DNA of 64,000 bases from Myxococcota bacterium. GTDB taxonomy: Bacteria > Myxococcota_A > Polyangia > Polyangiales > Sandaracinaceae. The stretch lies in the NCBI GenBank assembly GCA_036149055.1, contig JAYZQJ010000007.1, positions 75,485 to 139,484 of the forward strand, in the 5' to 3' direction. A program made the translations under genes and the position numbers. Below the pieces are notes generated by a model. The model ran no database searches. It was not told where the DNA came from and saw only the letters and a list, made by a program, of their open reading frames with translations. Shown piece after piece: positions 54,614-64,000 of this stretch (its first letter is position 1; each line of letters begins with the position of its first letter).

Positions 54614-56031
54614 TGAGGGCGGTGGGTCGGAGCGTCGCGCTCGTCGCGATCGCCACCGTGATCGAGGTCGCGCTGCTGGTCGGCCTGTCGATCGGCTTCG
54701 GCGTGCGTGTGCCGCTCCTCAACGCCGGGATCCTGCTCGGGGCGGTGAACGTGCTCGGCGGCGTGCTCGCGCTCCGGGCCACCCTGACCGGCGCGCCGTG
54801 GCCCGCGCTCCGAGCGGCGTCGATCCCGCCGGCCGCCGGGCTGCTCTTCCTGCTCCCGAGGATCTGGGTGGGCACGCACGCCGCTCCGGCGCTGACCCTC
54901 GGCGTGCTCCTGCTGGCGGCGGTTCCGGTGGAGCGCGCGTGGCGGCGGTGCTGGCGGCTCGACGGAGGGCCGGGCGTCGAGGCGCTGGCGGCGGGCGCGC
55001 CCCTCGCCGCGCTCGGGGCGATCTGCGCGGCGCCGCTCGGGCCGGCGTTCGGCCTGATCACGCTCGGGCTGGCCGCGGCGCTGGCGGTGCGGGGATGGCG
55101 GGCCGCGCGGCGCCGCGCGCGAGAGGAGCGGACGTACGCCGACTTCCTCGACCGCATCGAGGTGCGCCCGGACGCGCTGATCCGGCCGCCGGTGCCGTCG
55201 CTGCGCGACCGGGAGCTGCGCGCCCTCGACGCCCGGCTGGCTCAGCGGGCCGAGGAGCTCTCCGCCGAGGCGAAATCGGACGCGCTCGCGCGGGCGCAGA
55301 TCGAGGACGCGCGGGCGCTCCGCACCCGGTTCATGGCCGCCATGAGCCACGAGCTCCGCAGCCCGCTGAACTCGATCGTCGGCTTCGCGCAGATGCTCGA
55401 GCGAGGCATGGAGGGCGCGCTCACCGACGGGCAGCGCGAGAGCGTGACGATGGTGCGGCGCAGCGCCGAGGAGCTGATCACCCTGCTCACCGACATCCTC
55501 GATCTGGCGCGGCTTGAGGCCGGGCTGCTCGAGCTGCGCCGCCAGTGGACGCCTTCGGTGGAGATCCTGACCCAGGCGGTCACGCGCGCGCAGGGCCTGG
55601 TCGAGGGGCGCGAGGTCGAGATCGTGGCCGAGCTGCAGCCGGGGCTGCCCCCGGTGCACGTCGACCAGCGGCGCATCGTGCAGGCGGTGGTCGCCCTCTT
55701 CCGGCATTCGGCCTCCTCGCTGTCGAAGACCCGCATCCGGCTCCGCGCGCGCGTGGCCTACGGGCCGCCGGGCCCCGAGCGGCACCTGCGGGTCGAGATC
55801 CACGACGCGATCGGGGCCATCCCGCCCGAGGAGGTGGAGCGCATCTTCGAGGCGTTCCAGGAGATCACCGAGCCGGCGGGGCGCCGGGTGGGCGGCCTCG
55901 GGATGGCGCTCTCGCTGGCGCGCGGGCTGGTCCGGTCCCACGGCGGCGAGGCCTGGGCCGACAGCTTCCCGGGCGCGGGTACGATCCTGTGCGTCGCCAT
56001 CCCGCTCGACGCCGAAGACGCGGAGCCCTAA
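54613..56031 (+). CDS. membrane histidine kinase with degenerate ATPase boxes
   Basis: SHELRSPLNSI intact; N box ALFRHS, G1 DAIGAI, G2 GLGMAL. Confidence 0.82.
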   Translation: MRAVGRSVALVAIATVIEVALLVGLSIGFGVRVPLLNAGILLGAVNVLGGVLALRATLTGAPWPALRAASIPPAAGLLFLLPRIWVGTHAAPALTLGVLLLAAVPVERAWRRCWRLDGGPGVEALAAGAPLAALGAICAAPLGPAFGLITLGLAAALAVRGWRAARRRAREERTYADFLDRIEVRPDALIRPPVPSLRDRELRALDARLAQRAEELSAEAKSDALARAQIEDARALRTRFMAAMSHELRSPLNSIVGFAQMLERGMEGALTDGQRESVTMVRRSAEELITLLTDILDLARLEAGLLELRRQWTPSVEILTQAVTRAQGLVEGREVEIVAELQPGLPPVHVDQRRIVQAVVALFRHSASSLSKTRIRLRARVAYGPPGPERHLRVEIHDAIGAIPPEEVERIFEAFQEITEPAGRRVGGLGMALSLARGLVRSHGGEAWADSFPGAGTILCVAIPLDAEDAEP

Positions 56032-56041
56032 GTTCACGGCC

Positions 56042-57031
<990 letters not shown>

Positions 57032-58039
57032 GTGGCGAAGGAGAAGAAGCGCCGACGCCGCGGCCCGCCCCGACGGCTCAAGTTCACCCGCGAGGGTCGC
57101 GTCTTCGTGTTCGTCACCGTCGGGGTCGGCGCGGCCGCCGTCAACACGGGCAACAACCTGCTCTACCTCGTGCTCGGCCTGCTGCTGAGCCTCATCGTGC
57201 TCAGCGGGATCCTGAGCGAGCTCGTGCTCCGCTCGGTGCGGGTGGGGCGCCAGCTGCCGCGTCGGGCCTTCGCCGGCACCCCCTGCCTCGTCGAGCTCTC
57301 GCTCCTGAACCTCAAGCGACGCTTGCCTTCGTACTCGGTCGAGCTCGAGGACGTGGCCGGGCCGGACGACGAGGGCGGGCGCCGCGTCTGGTTCCTCAAG
57401 GTCGGTCCGGGCGAGACGCAGCTGCGCGCCTACTCGCGCACCCCGGCCCGCCGCGGCTGGCTGCGGCTGACCCAGCTCCGGGTGCGCACCCGCTACCCGT
57501 TCGGGCTCTTCGAGAAGTGGCGCGTGATCGACGTGGAGGACGCGCTGCTCGTCTTCCCGAAGGTCGACGACGCGCCCTCGATCGCGCAGGTGCGGGCCGA
57601 GACGGGGCCCGACGCGCCGTCCCGTCGCCTCGGCCCGGGCGCCGAGGTCGCGGGCCTGCGGGACTACGTGGCCGGTGACGACGCGCGCAGCATCCACTGG
57701 CGGAGGAGCGCGTCGCTGGGACGCGTGGTGGTCCGAGAGCGTCAGCGCGACGAGGCGCGAAAGCTGACGCTGGTGGTCGACGAGGGGCGCCCCGCGGACG
57801 CGAGCGAGGGCTGGGACGAGGCGTTCGAGGCGCTCGTCTCCCGCACGGCGCGCCGGGCGGCCGACGCCCTCGAGCGGGGCGCGGCGGTCGAGATCGTGTC
57901 GCGCTCCGGCACCTCGCCGCTCGTGCTCGCGGGCCAGCCCCCCGACCCGCTCTGGCGCCACCTCGCGCTGCTCGAGATCGTCCCCCTCGAGGACGGCGCC
58001 GAGGCGCTCGCGGTCCGCGGCGAGGTGACCGCCGCGTGA
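57032..58039 (+). CDS. DUF58-domain protein
   Basis: GNNLLYL, RRG, YPFGLF, LRDYVAGDDARSIHWRRSA. Confidence 0.9.
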   Translation: MAKEKKRRRRGPPRRLKFTREGRVFVFVTVGVGAAAVNTGNNLLYLVLGLLLSLIVLSGILSELVLRSVRVGRQLPRRAFAGTPCLVELSLLNLKRRLPSYSVELEDVAGPDDEGGRRVWFLKVGPGETQLRAYSRTPARRGWLRLTQLRVRTRYPFGLFEKWRVIDVEDALLVFPKVDDAPSIAQVRAETGPDAPSRRLGPGAEVAGLRDYVAGDDARSIHWRRSASLGRVVVRERQRDEARKLTLVVDEGRPADASEGWDEAFEALVSRTARRAADALERGAAVEIVSRSGTSPLVLAGQPPDPLWRHLALLEIVPLEDGAEALAVRGEVTAA

Positions 58040-60177
58040 GCTTCGCCCGCCTCCACAAGATCGTGAGCTACGTGCTCTCCGGCCTGGGGCTGTTCGCGCT
58101 CTCGCTGGGGCCCGAGCTCGAGCTGCCGGCCGAGCTCGTGATGTTCGCGGCGTGGATCGCGAGCTGGTTCGCGGAGGGCGAGCGCATCCAGCGGCCGGGG
58201 TGGGCGCGCGCGTGGACGATCGCGCTCGGCGTCTTCCTCGCGCTCCAGGTCGGCCGCGGGTTCCTCGGTGCGCCGCTCTTGCCGCTGGTGCTCGAGATGA
58301 CGGCCGCGCTCCAGATCTCGCGGCTCTTCAACCGGCGGACCGCGCGGGAGCATCAGCAGATCGCGGCGCTCGCGCTGCTGCATCTGATCGCCTCGACCGT
58401 GCTCTCGACCGAGATCACCTACGCGGTCGTCTTCTTCGGCTTCGTCGTCGTCCTGCCGTGGACCCTGGCCCTCGGGCACCTGCGCGCCGAGGTGGAGTCG
58501 CAGCACGCGCCCTTGCCGGAGGAGGAGCGGGAGGAGGCGCTCGCCCGGACCCTGCGCAGCCGGCTGGTGGGCCCGGGGTTCCTCGCCGGGACCGCCGCGC
58601 TCGCCCTGCCGCTGTTCGCGATGACGGCGACCGTCTTCCTGGCGTTCCCCCGCGTCGGGCTGGGCTTCCTGTCGCTCGGCCGCGACCTCGGGCAGCGGGT
58701 GAGCGGCTTCGGCGCGGACGTCGAGCTGGGCGACTTCGGCACCATCCGGACCGACCCGACCGTGGTCCTGCGCGTCGAGCCGCCGGGCATGGGCGAGGAT
58801 CCTCCGGAGCGGCTCGCGCTCCGCATGCGCGGCACGAGCTTCGACCACTACGACGGGCGTCGCTGGACGCGCACGAGCGGCATGGAGAGCGAGGGCGTCG
58901 GGCACGCCGACGACTTCTACCCGGTGCCGCACCGCTTCCCGCGGCGCACCGATCGGCGCTGGACCATCGTGCTCGACGCCCTCGACGAGCCGGTCATCTT
59001 CCTCCCGCCCAACGCGGTGGCGCTCGAGATCCCGCCGCGCATGACCGGCGGCGTGCCGATCGGCCGCGAGGTCAGGGTCGCGCCGGGCCTCGACGTTCGC
59101 TACGCCGACGCGGACGGGCTCGGGCTGCGCTACGTGGCCTGGACCGCGGCCGATCCGCCGCGCGAGGAGGCCGACCCCGATCAGCTCGAGCGCTACCTGC
59201 AGGTCCCCGACGGGCACGAGCGGGTCGCCGCCCTGGCCCGCGAGTGGACCGAGGGCGCCAGCTCCGACGGAGACCGGGTCGAGCGCCTCGTCGCGCGGCT
59301 CCAGTCGAGCGGCGCCTACACCTACTCGCTCGACACGCCTCGCCTCGACGGACGGCTGCCGCTCGAGGTCTTCCTCTTCGAGGCGCGGCGCGGTCACTGC
59401 GAGTACTTCTCCACCGCCCTCGCCGTGATGCTGCGCAGCCTCGGCGTTCCGGCCCGCAACATCACCGGCTTCCTCGGGGGCCGCTTCAACCCGTACGGTC
59501 GCTACTACGCGCTCAGCCAGGGGGACGCGCACAGCTGGGTCGAGGCCTGGCTGCCGGGCCGAGGCTGGGTGGTGCTCGACCCGACCCCCGCGGGGCGCGA
59601 CGCGGTCGGGCCCGGCGGGGGCTGGCTCTCCACCGTGCGCGCGATCTTCGACGCCATCCAGACCCGGTGGGCCGACGACGTCGTGGGCTACGACCTGCGG
59701 GCGCAGATCTCGATCGTCCGGGAGCTGCGCGATCTCTTCGGGAGCGACGAGCCCGAGGCGCGGACCCCCGAGGCCCGCGCCGAGGAGAGCTCCTGGCGTC
59801 CGCCCGGCTGGGCGCTGATCCTGCTCGGGCTCGCCCTGATCGCGGTGGCCGGCGCGTGGCTGGCGCGACGGCGCGCGAGGGCCGCGCCGGACGGGCCTCC
59901 CGACGCCGCAAGGGTGGCGATCCGCGTGTACCGGGCGCTCGACCGGGCGATGGCGAAGCTCGGTCACCCTCGGCCCCCCGAGCGCACCCCGACCGAGCAG
60001 GTCGCCGCGCTCGAGACGGCCGGCTTCCGGGAGATGGACCTCCTCCACGAAGTCACGCGGCGATACCTCGAGGTGAGGTACGGTGGGGCCACCCTCGACG
60101 AGCGAGAGGGCGCCGCGCTCGAGCGGCGAATCTTGGAGATGGCGCGGCGACGGGATCTTTTCCCGCGCGCCGAATAG
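58036..60177 (+). CDS. TgpA-like membrane transglutaminase-domain protein (DUF3488/transglutaminase/DUF4129)
   Basis: N-terminal TMs, FPR, GHCEYF (Cys), AHSWVE (His), DPTP (Asp). Confidence 0.9.
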   Translation: MSFARLHKIVSYVLSGLGLFALSLGPELELPAELVMFAAWIASWFAEGERIQRPGWARAWTIALGVFLALQVGRGFLGAPLLPLVLEMTAALQISRLFNRRTAREHQQIAALALLHLIASTVLSTEITYAVVFFGFVVVLPWTLALGHLRAEVESQHAPLPEEEREEALARTLRSRLVGPGFLAGTAALALPLFAMTATVFLAFPRVGLGFLSLGRDLGQRVSGFGADVELGDFGTIRTDPTVVLRVEPPGMGEDPPERLALRMRGTSFDHYDGRRWTRTSGMESEGVGHADDFYPVPHRFPRRTDRRWTIVLDALDEPVIFLPPNAVALEIPPRMTGGVPIGREVRVAPGLDVRYADADGLGLRYVAWTAADPPREEADPDQLERYLQVPDGHERVAALAREWTEGASSDGDRVERLVARLQSSGAYTYSLDTPRLDGRLPLEVFLFEARRGHCEYFSTALAVMLRSLGVPARNITGFLGGRFNPYGRYYALSQGDAHSWVEAWLPGRGWVVLDPTPAGRDAVGPGGGWLSTVRAIFDAIQTRWADDVVGYDLRAQISIVRELRDLFGSDEPEARTPEARAEESSWRPPGWALILLGLALIAVAGAWLARRRARAAPDGPPDAARVAIRVYRALDRAMAKLGHPRPPERTPTEQVAALETAGFREMDLLHEVTRRYLEVRYGGATLDEREGAALERRILEMARRRDLFPRAE

Positions 60178-60243
60178 CGACTACCCTCGACGCGGGGGGC
60201 GGAAGCACGGAGAGAGCGTGGGAGCACGGGCCCGCGAGAGGAC

Positions 60244-63200
60244 ATGGGAGCAGCGAGCCAGGAGCTGACCGAGAGGGCGAAGCTCCTCATCGCGGAGCGT
60301 CGCTACCAGGAGGCGGTCCGGGCGTGCCGGAGGGCGCTGCTCGTGCGGCCCGATCAGGTCGAGGTGCGCCTGCTGCTCGGCGAGGCCCTGCTGGCGCTCG
60401 AGCGCTACGACGAGGTGCGCGTCGAGATGATGGCGCTCGCCCGCAAGCGCCCCGACCACGCGCCGGTGCACCGCCTGCTCGGCGAGGCCTACCTGCGGGA
60501 CGGCCGCCCCACCCAGGCGGTGGAGGCGCTGCAGAAGGCACTGAAGCTGGACCCGAGCGACGAGGTCGCCCAGGAGCTGCTCGGGGAGGCCGCCGACGAG
60601 AACGCCCCGGTGTCCACGACCATCGAGCGCTGGTTCGCGGACGAGGCGGAGCCCACCGTCGAGACGCGCGCGCCCGACTGGGAGGAGGCGAACACCCCCG
60701 TCCCGGCCACCGCGGCGCAGCTGCCCCACGAGCCCGAGCCCTCGGTGCAGGTGGATCCCAGCCTGGTCGAGGAGGCGGTGCGGCCGAAGACGAGCCCCGC
60801 CCGTCCGGCGCCCCGGGTGCGCGCGCGCAAGGCGACGACCCTCGGGCACCCCGCGGCGCTGCCTCCGCCCCCCGCGGCCCCACCGCCCGAGCCTCCGTCT
60901 CCGTCTCCGCTCCCGCAGAAGCCGACCGCGGTCGCCCGGCCGCAGCCGCGGGAAGACGACGCGCCGACCGGGCTCGTGCGCGAGCCGGTGACCGAAGAGC
61001 TGCCGCTCGACTCGGCGGACGAGGTGCCGCTCGCGCTCGAGGGCGAGCCGACGCGGGCGCAGGTCCCGAGCGCGAAGGGCCTCACGCCGAAGCCGTTCCC
61101 GCCACCGCCCGAGCCGAGCTTCGATCCGATCGGCCCGCTCGACGCCATCGCCCCGCTCGACATGGAGATCGAGGACGACTTCGGGCCCCTCGACGGCGAC
61201 CTCGACGCGGTCCAGACGTCGGCCTTCACCTCGCCCCTCGACTCGCCTCTCGAGGACATGACCGACGCGCTCGACGAGGAGCCGACCCGCGCGCGCCCGA
61301 TCGACGACGCGGAGATCGAGCCGCCGACGATGGCGCGGGTGCCGATGCCGGAGGCCCGCCCGGCGCCGATCCCCACCGGCGGCAGCGTGCACGCGCCGAC
61401 GCCGTTCCCGTCCGCCTCGGTCCCGCCCGCCTACGAGGCCGCGCCGCACCCGATGCCGGCGGCGGCGCCCCCGGCCGAGCCGCCGCGGGGGCTCGGGCGC
61501 GACATCGCCACCGAGCGGGTCCCGGAGCGCAAGCCCGGCAAGCGCTGGTTGATCCCGGCCGCCCTCGGCGCGCTGCTGCTCGCGGTGCTCGGCGTCGGCG
61601 GGGGGCTCGCCGCGTCGGCCTGGCTCGACGCCTCGGCCCGCGAAGAGGTCCGCGCCTCCGCCGCGACGGCCGGCGACAGCGGCGACCGGGGCGCCCTCGA
61701 GGGGGTGGTCGCCGAGATCGGTGACGACGGCGACCCGCGACAGCAGGCGCTGCGAGCCCGGCTCCTCGCGACCCTGGTGCTCGAGCACGGGGTGGAGCGG
61801 CAGGAGCAGGCCCGCGCGATCCTGGCCTCGCTCGAGGGCGAGGGGCCGCTGACGGACGCGGCGATCGCCTCGGCGCTCCTCTCGGTGAGCGAGGGCGCCC
61901 CCGCGGACGCGCTCTCGGTGCTGAGCGGGCTCACCGCCGAGGGCGAGCAGATCCCGGAGGCCTTCCGGGCTCGCGCCTACGCGACGGCGGCGCTCGGCCG
62001 CTGGTCGCAGGCCGAAGAGGCGGCCCGGCAGGCGGCGAGCACCCGACCCGGCGCGCCCCGCCACGTCGCCCTCCACGCGCTGATGCTCCACCGCACCGGC
62101 GACAGTCAGCGCGCCCTGACCCTGCTCGACTCCGTCCCTTCGGGCGAGGCGCACCCGTCGGTCCGGGTGGTCCGCGCCCGGGTGCTGCAGGACAGCGGCA
62201 GCGACCCGGCCCGCGCGGTCGAGGAGGCGACGGCCCTCGTCGAGACGCTCGCCGAGCGCGCGACGCCGCCCGAGATCGCCTGGGCTCACCTCGTCCGCGC
62301 GCGCCACGCCGCGGCGCAGGGCGACGCCTCCACCGCGCTCGAGAGCGCGCGCGCGGCCGCCCGGCGCGCTCCGCCCGGGGACGAGGCGTTCGCGATGGGG
62401 CTCATCGAGACGTTCCTCCGGGCGGGCTCCGCCACCGAGGCGCGCGAGCACCTCACCGCGCTGCCCGAGCCCCCGATCGACGCCTCGGGCCGAGCGCTGC
62501 TGACGGCCGAGGTGCTGCTCGAGGCCGGCGCGCTCGACGAGGCCTTCTCCGCGCTCGACGGCGCCGAGCAGACCCCGCGCCGGAGCCTCCTGCGCGCGCG
62601 CATCCTCGAGGCGCGGGGGCAGACCGACGAGGCGCGCCCGCTCTACGAGGCGGCCCTCGCGGTGCCCGGGCCGGAGGGGCGTCACGCCCGCATCCGGCTC
62701 GCCTCCATCGAGCTCGACGCCGGGCGGGCGACGCGCGCCATCGAGCTGCTCGAGCCGCTGCGGGGGGAGGCCGCGGCCGATCTCGAGACGGCGCCGCTGC
62801 TCGCGCGCGCGTACTTGCTGGAGGATCGGCTCGACGACGCGTCCGAGATCCTCGACGCGGCCATCCGCCGTCGCCCCGAGGCGGCGGAGCTGCTCGCGGC
62901 GCGGGGCTCGCTCCAGCTCCGCCGCGGTCAGGTCCAGGAGGCGCTGATCTCGCTGCGCCGCGCCGCGTCCTCGCGCGAGAACGATCCCGACCTCGCCGTC
63001 GACCTGGGCGACGCGGCCCGGCAGGCGGGCGAGGCGACCGAGGCGCAGCAAGCCTACGAGCGGGCGCTCACCCTCCGGCCCGCGCACCCGCGGGCGCTCG
63101 TCGGGCTGGCCCACCTCGCCCTCGCGGCTCGTGACATCGAGGCGGCGGCCGGGCGCATCGAGGAGGCGGCGGCGACCGGGCGTGAGGCCCTCGAGGTCGC

Positions 63201-63849
63201 GCGGCTCCAGGGGCGGCTGATGGTCTTCCGCGGAGACGGCGCCTCGAGCGCGTCCACCCTGGAGCCGCTGGCCCGCACCCACCGGGACGCCGAGCTCTAC
63301 GTGGCGCTCGGCGCGCTGCACGCGCAGGCGGAGGCGGATCGAGAGGCCTCCCGCGCCTTCGCGCAGGCCCTGCAGCGAGACCGCGACAACCCCGAGGCGC
63401 TCCTCGGTCAGTCCCTGATCGACGTGCGCCGAGGCGATCTGTCGGGGGCGCGCCGCGCGATCGCGACCGCGGAGCGGGAGGCGCGCGAGCGCGGCCTGAG
63501 CGAGGCGCTCGCCCCGGCGCTGGCGGTGGCCCGAGGGCGGCTCGAGTTCGAGAACGGCGACTTCGACGAGACGGTCGAGGCCGCCAACGAGGCGATCGCC
63601 GCCGACGAGCGCTTCGGCCCGGCCCACCTCCTGCTGGCGAACGTGGCCATCGAGCGTGGTGACGACGGCATCGAGCACCTGCGCGCGGCGGTCGGCGGCG
63701 TGATGCCCCCGCCGGAAGCGCTCGGGCGTCTCGCGCCCCGGCTCGGGCGCGGCGACGAGGCCTGTCAGCTCGCGCGGCGCTACCTCGAGGCGGCGCCCGG
63801 TGGCTACGACGCCCCGGACGTGCGCCGCGTGGCCGCGCGCTGTCGCTGA
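60244..63849 (+). CDS. large TPR protein with Pro/acidic linker and central TM helix
   Basis: RBS GAGGA; N-terminal TPRs, low-complexity linker, TM LIPAALGALLLAVLGVGG, C-terminal TPR array. Confidence 0.85.
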   Translation: MGAASQELTERAKLLIAERRYQEAVRACRRALLVRPDQVEVRLLLGEALLALERYDEVRVEMMALARKRPDHAPVHRLLGEAYLRDGRPTQAVEALQKALKLDPSDEVAQELLGEAADENAPVSTTIERWFADEAEPTVETRAPDWEEANTPVPATAAQLPHEPEPSVQVDPSLVEEAVRPKTSPARPAPRVRARKATTLGHPAALPPPPAAPPPEPPSPSPLPQKPTAVARPQPREDDAPTGLVREPVTEELPLDSADEVPLALEGEPTRAQVPSAKGLTPKPFPPPPEPSFDPIGPLDAIAPLDMEIEDDFGPLDGDLDAVQTSAFTSPLDSPLEDMTDALDEEPTRARPIDDAEIEPPTMARVPMPEARPAPIPTGGSVHAPTPFPSASVPPAYEAAPHPMPAAAPPAEPPRGLGRDIATERVPERKPGKRWLIPAALGALLLAVLGVGGGLAASAWLDASAREEVRASAATAGDSGDRGALEGVVAEIGDDGDPRQQALRARLLATLVLEHGVERQEQARAILASLEGEGPLTDAAIASALLSVSEGAPADALSVLSGLTAEGEQIPEAFRARAYATAALGRWSQAEEAARQAASTRPGAPRHVALHALMLHRTGDSQRALTLLDSVPSGEAHPSVRVVRARVLQDSGSDPARAVEEATALVETLAERATPPEIAWAHLVRARHAAAQGDASTALESARAAARRAPPGDEAFAMGLIETFLRAGSATEAREHLTALPEPPIDASGRALLTAEVLLEAGALDEAFSALDGAEQTPRRSLLRARILEARGQTDEARPLYEAALAVPGPEGRHARIRLASIELDAGRATRAIELLEPLRGEAAADLETAPLLARAYLLEDRLDDASEILDAAIRRRPEAAELLAARGSLQLRRGQVQEALISLRRAASSRENDPDLAVDLGDAARQAGEATEAQQAYERALTLRPAHPRALVGLAHLALAARDIEAAAGRIEEAAATGREALEVARLQGRLMVFRGDGASSASTLEPLARTHRDAELYVALGALHAQAEADREASRAFAQALQRDRDNPEALLGQSLIDVRRGDLSGARRAIATAEREARERGLSEALAPALAVARGRLEFENGDFDETVEAANEAIAADERFGPAHLLLANVAIERGDDGIEHLRAAVGGVMPPPEALGRLAPRLGRGDEACQLARRYLEAAPGGYDAPDVRRVAARCR

Positions 63850-63937
63850 GCTCGCTCGCGCTGCTAGCAGCGCGCGGCGAATATGCGCGTGATGGATCGG
63901 CGAGCGCGACGTCGCGTCCAGCGCGGCGGGCCGACGA

Positions 63938-63957
63938 CGAAATGCTTCAGCATTTCG
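63938..63957. repeat. 20-bp AT-rich palindrome
   Basis: CGAAATGCT-TC-AGCATTTCG downstream of the TPR gene. Confidence 0.6.
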
Positions 63958-64000
63958 GAGGAGCGACTGGCGCGCTGGGCGCGGCGTCCCGCCGGCGAGG

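Noticed and set aside
58036..60177. Transglutaminase as the RiPP leader peptidase
   Set aside because: It is a membrane TgpA-type protein in the widespread MoxR-DUF58-transglutaminase triad, not a small lasso B2-type enzyme

Overview
Very GC-rich bacterial chromosomal window. MYXO-CTERM tails, Cys-rich repeat lipoproteins, a TIGR02266-like PilZ protein and large Ser/Thr kinase-STAND proteins point to a myxobacterium (inference). It holds about 45 real CDSs; most long ORFs in the supplied track are antisense or off-frame GC shadows. No rRNA, tRNA, CRISPR array or transposase was seen. Two loci stand out. (1) 46009-53687 is a candidate RiPP cluster of no class I can assign: HprK-like kinase, PqqD/RRE, radical SAM-SPASM enzyme, a 1343-aa Ig/FG-GAP lipoprotein, a 54-aa precursor-like peptide missing from the ORF track (52577-52741; YxxP leader motif, two Cys, C-terminal Ser) and an S24/S26 peptidase-GNAT fusion. 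(2) 6782-16256 is a putative Fur-regulated heme-acquisition locus: two surface proteases with MYXO-CTERM tails, a single HmuY, a triple-HmuY lipoprotein, a TonB-dependent receptor and a Kelch lipoprotein. The rest is housekeeping (lgt, aroE, xseA, folK, DinG-family helicase) and signalling (two kinase-STAND-TPR proteins, patatin, a cNMP-binding protein, two orphan histidine kinases), plus a MoxR/DUF58/transglutaminase triad. All calls come from motif reading; no database search was run.
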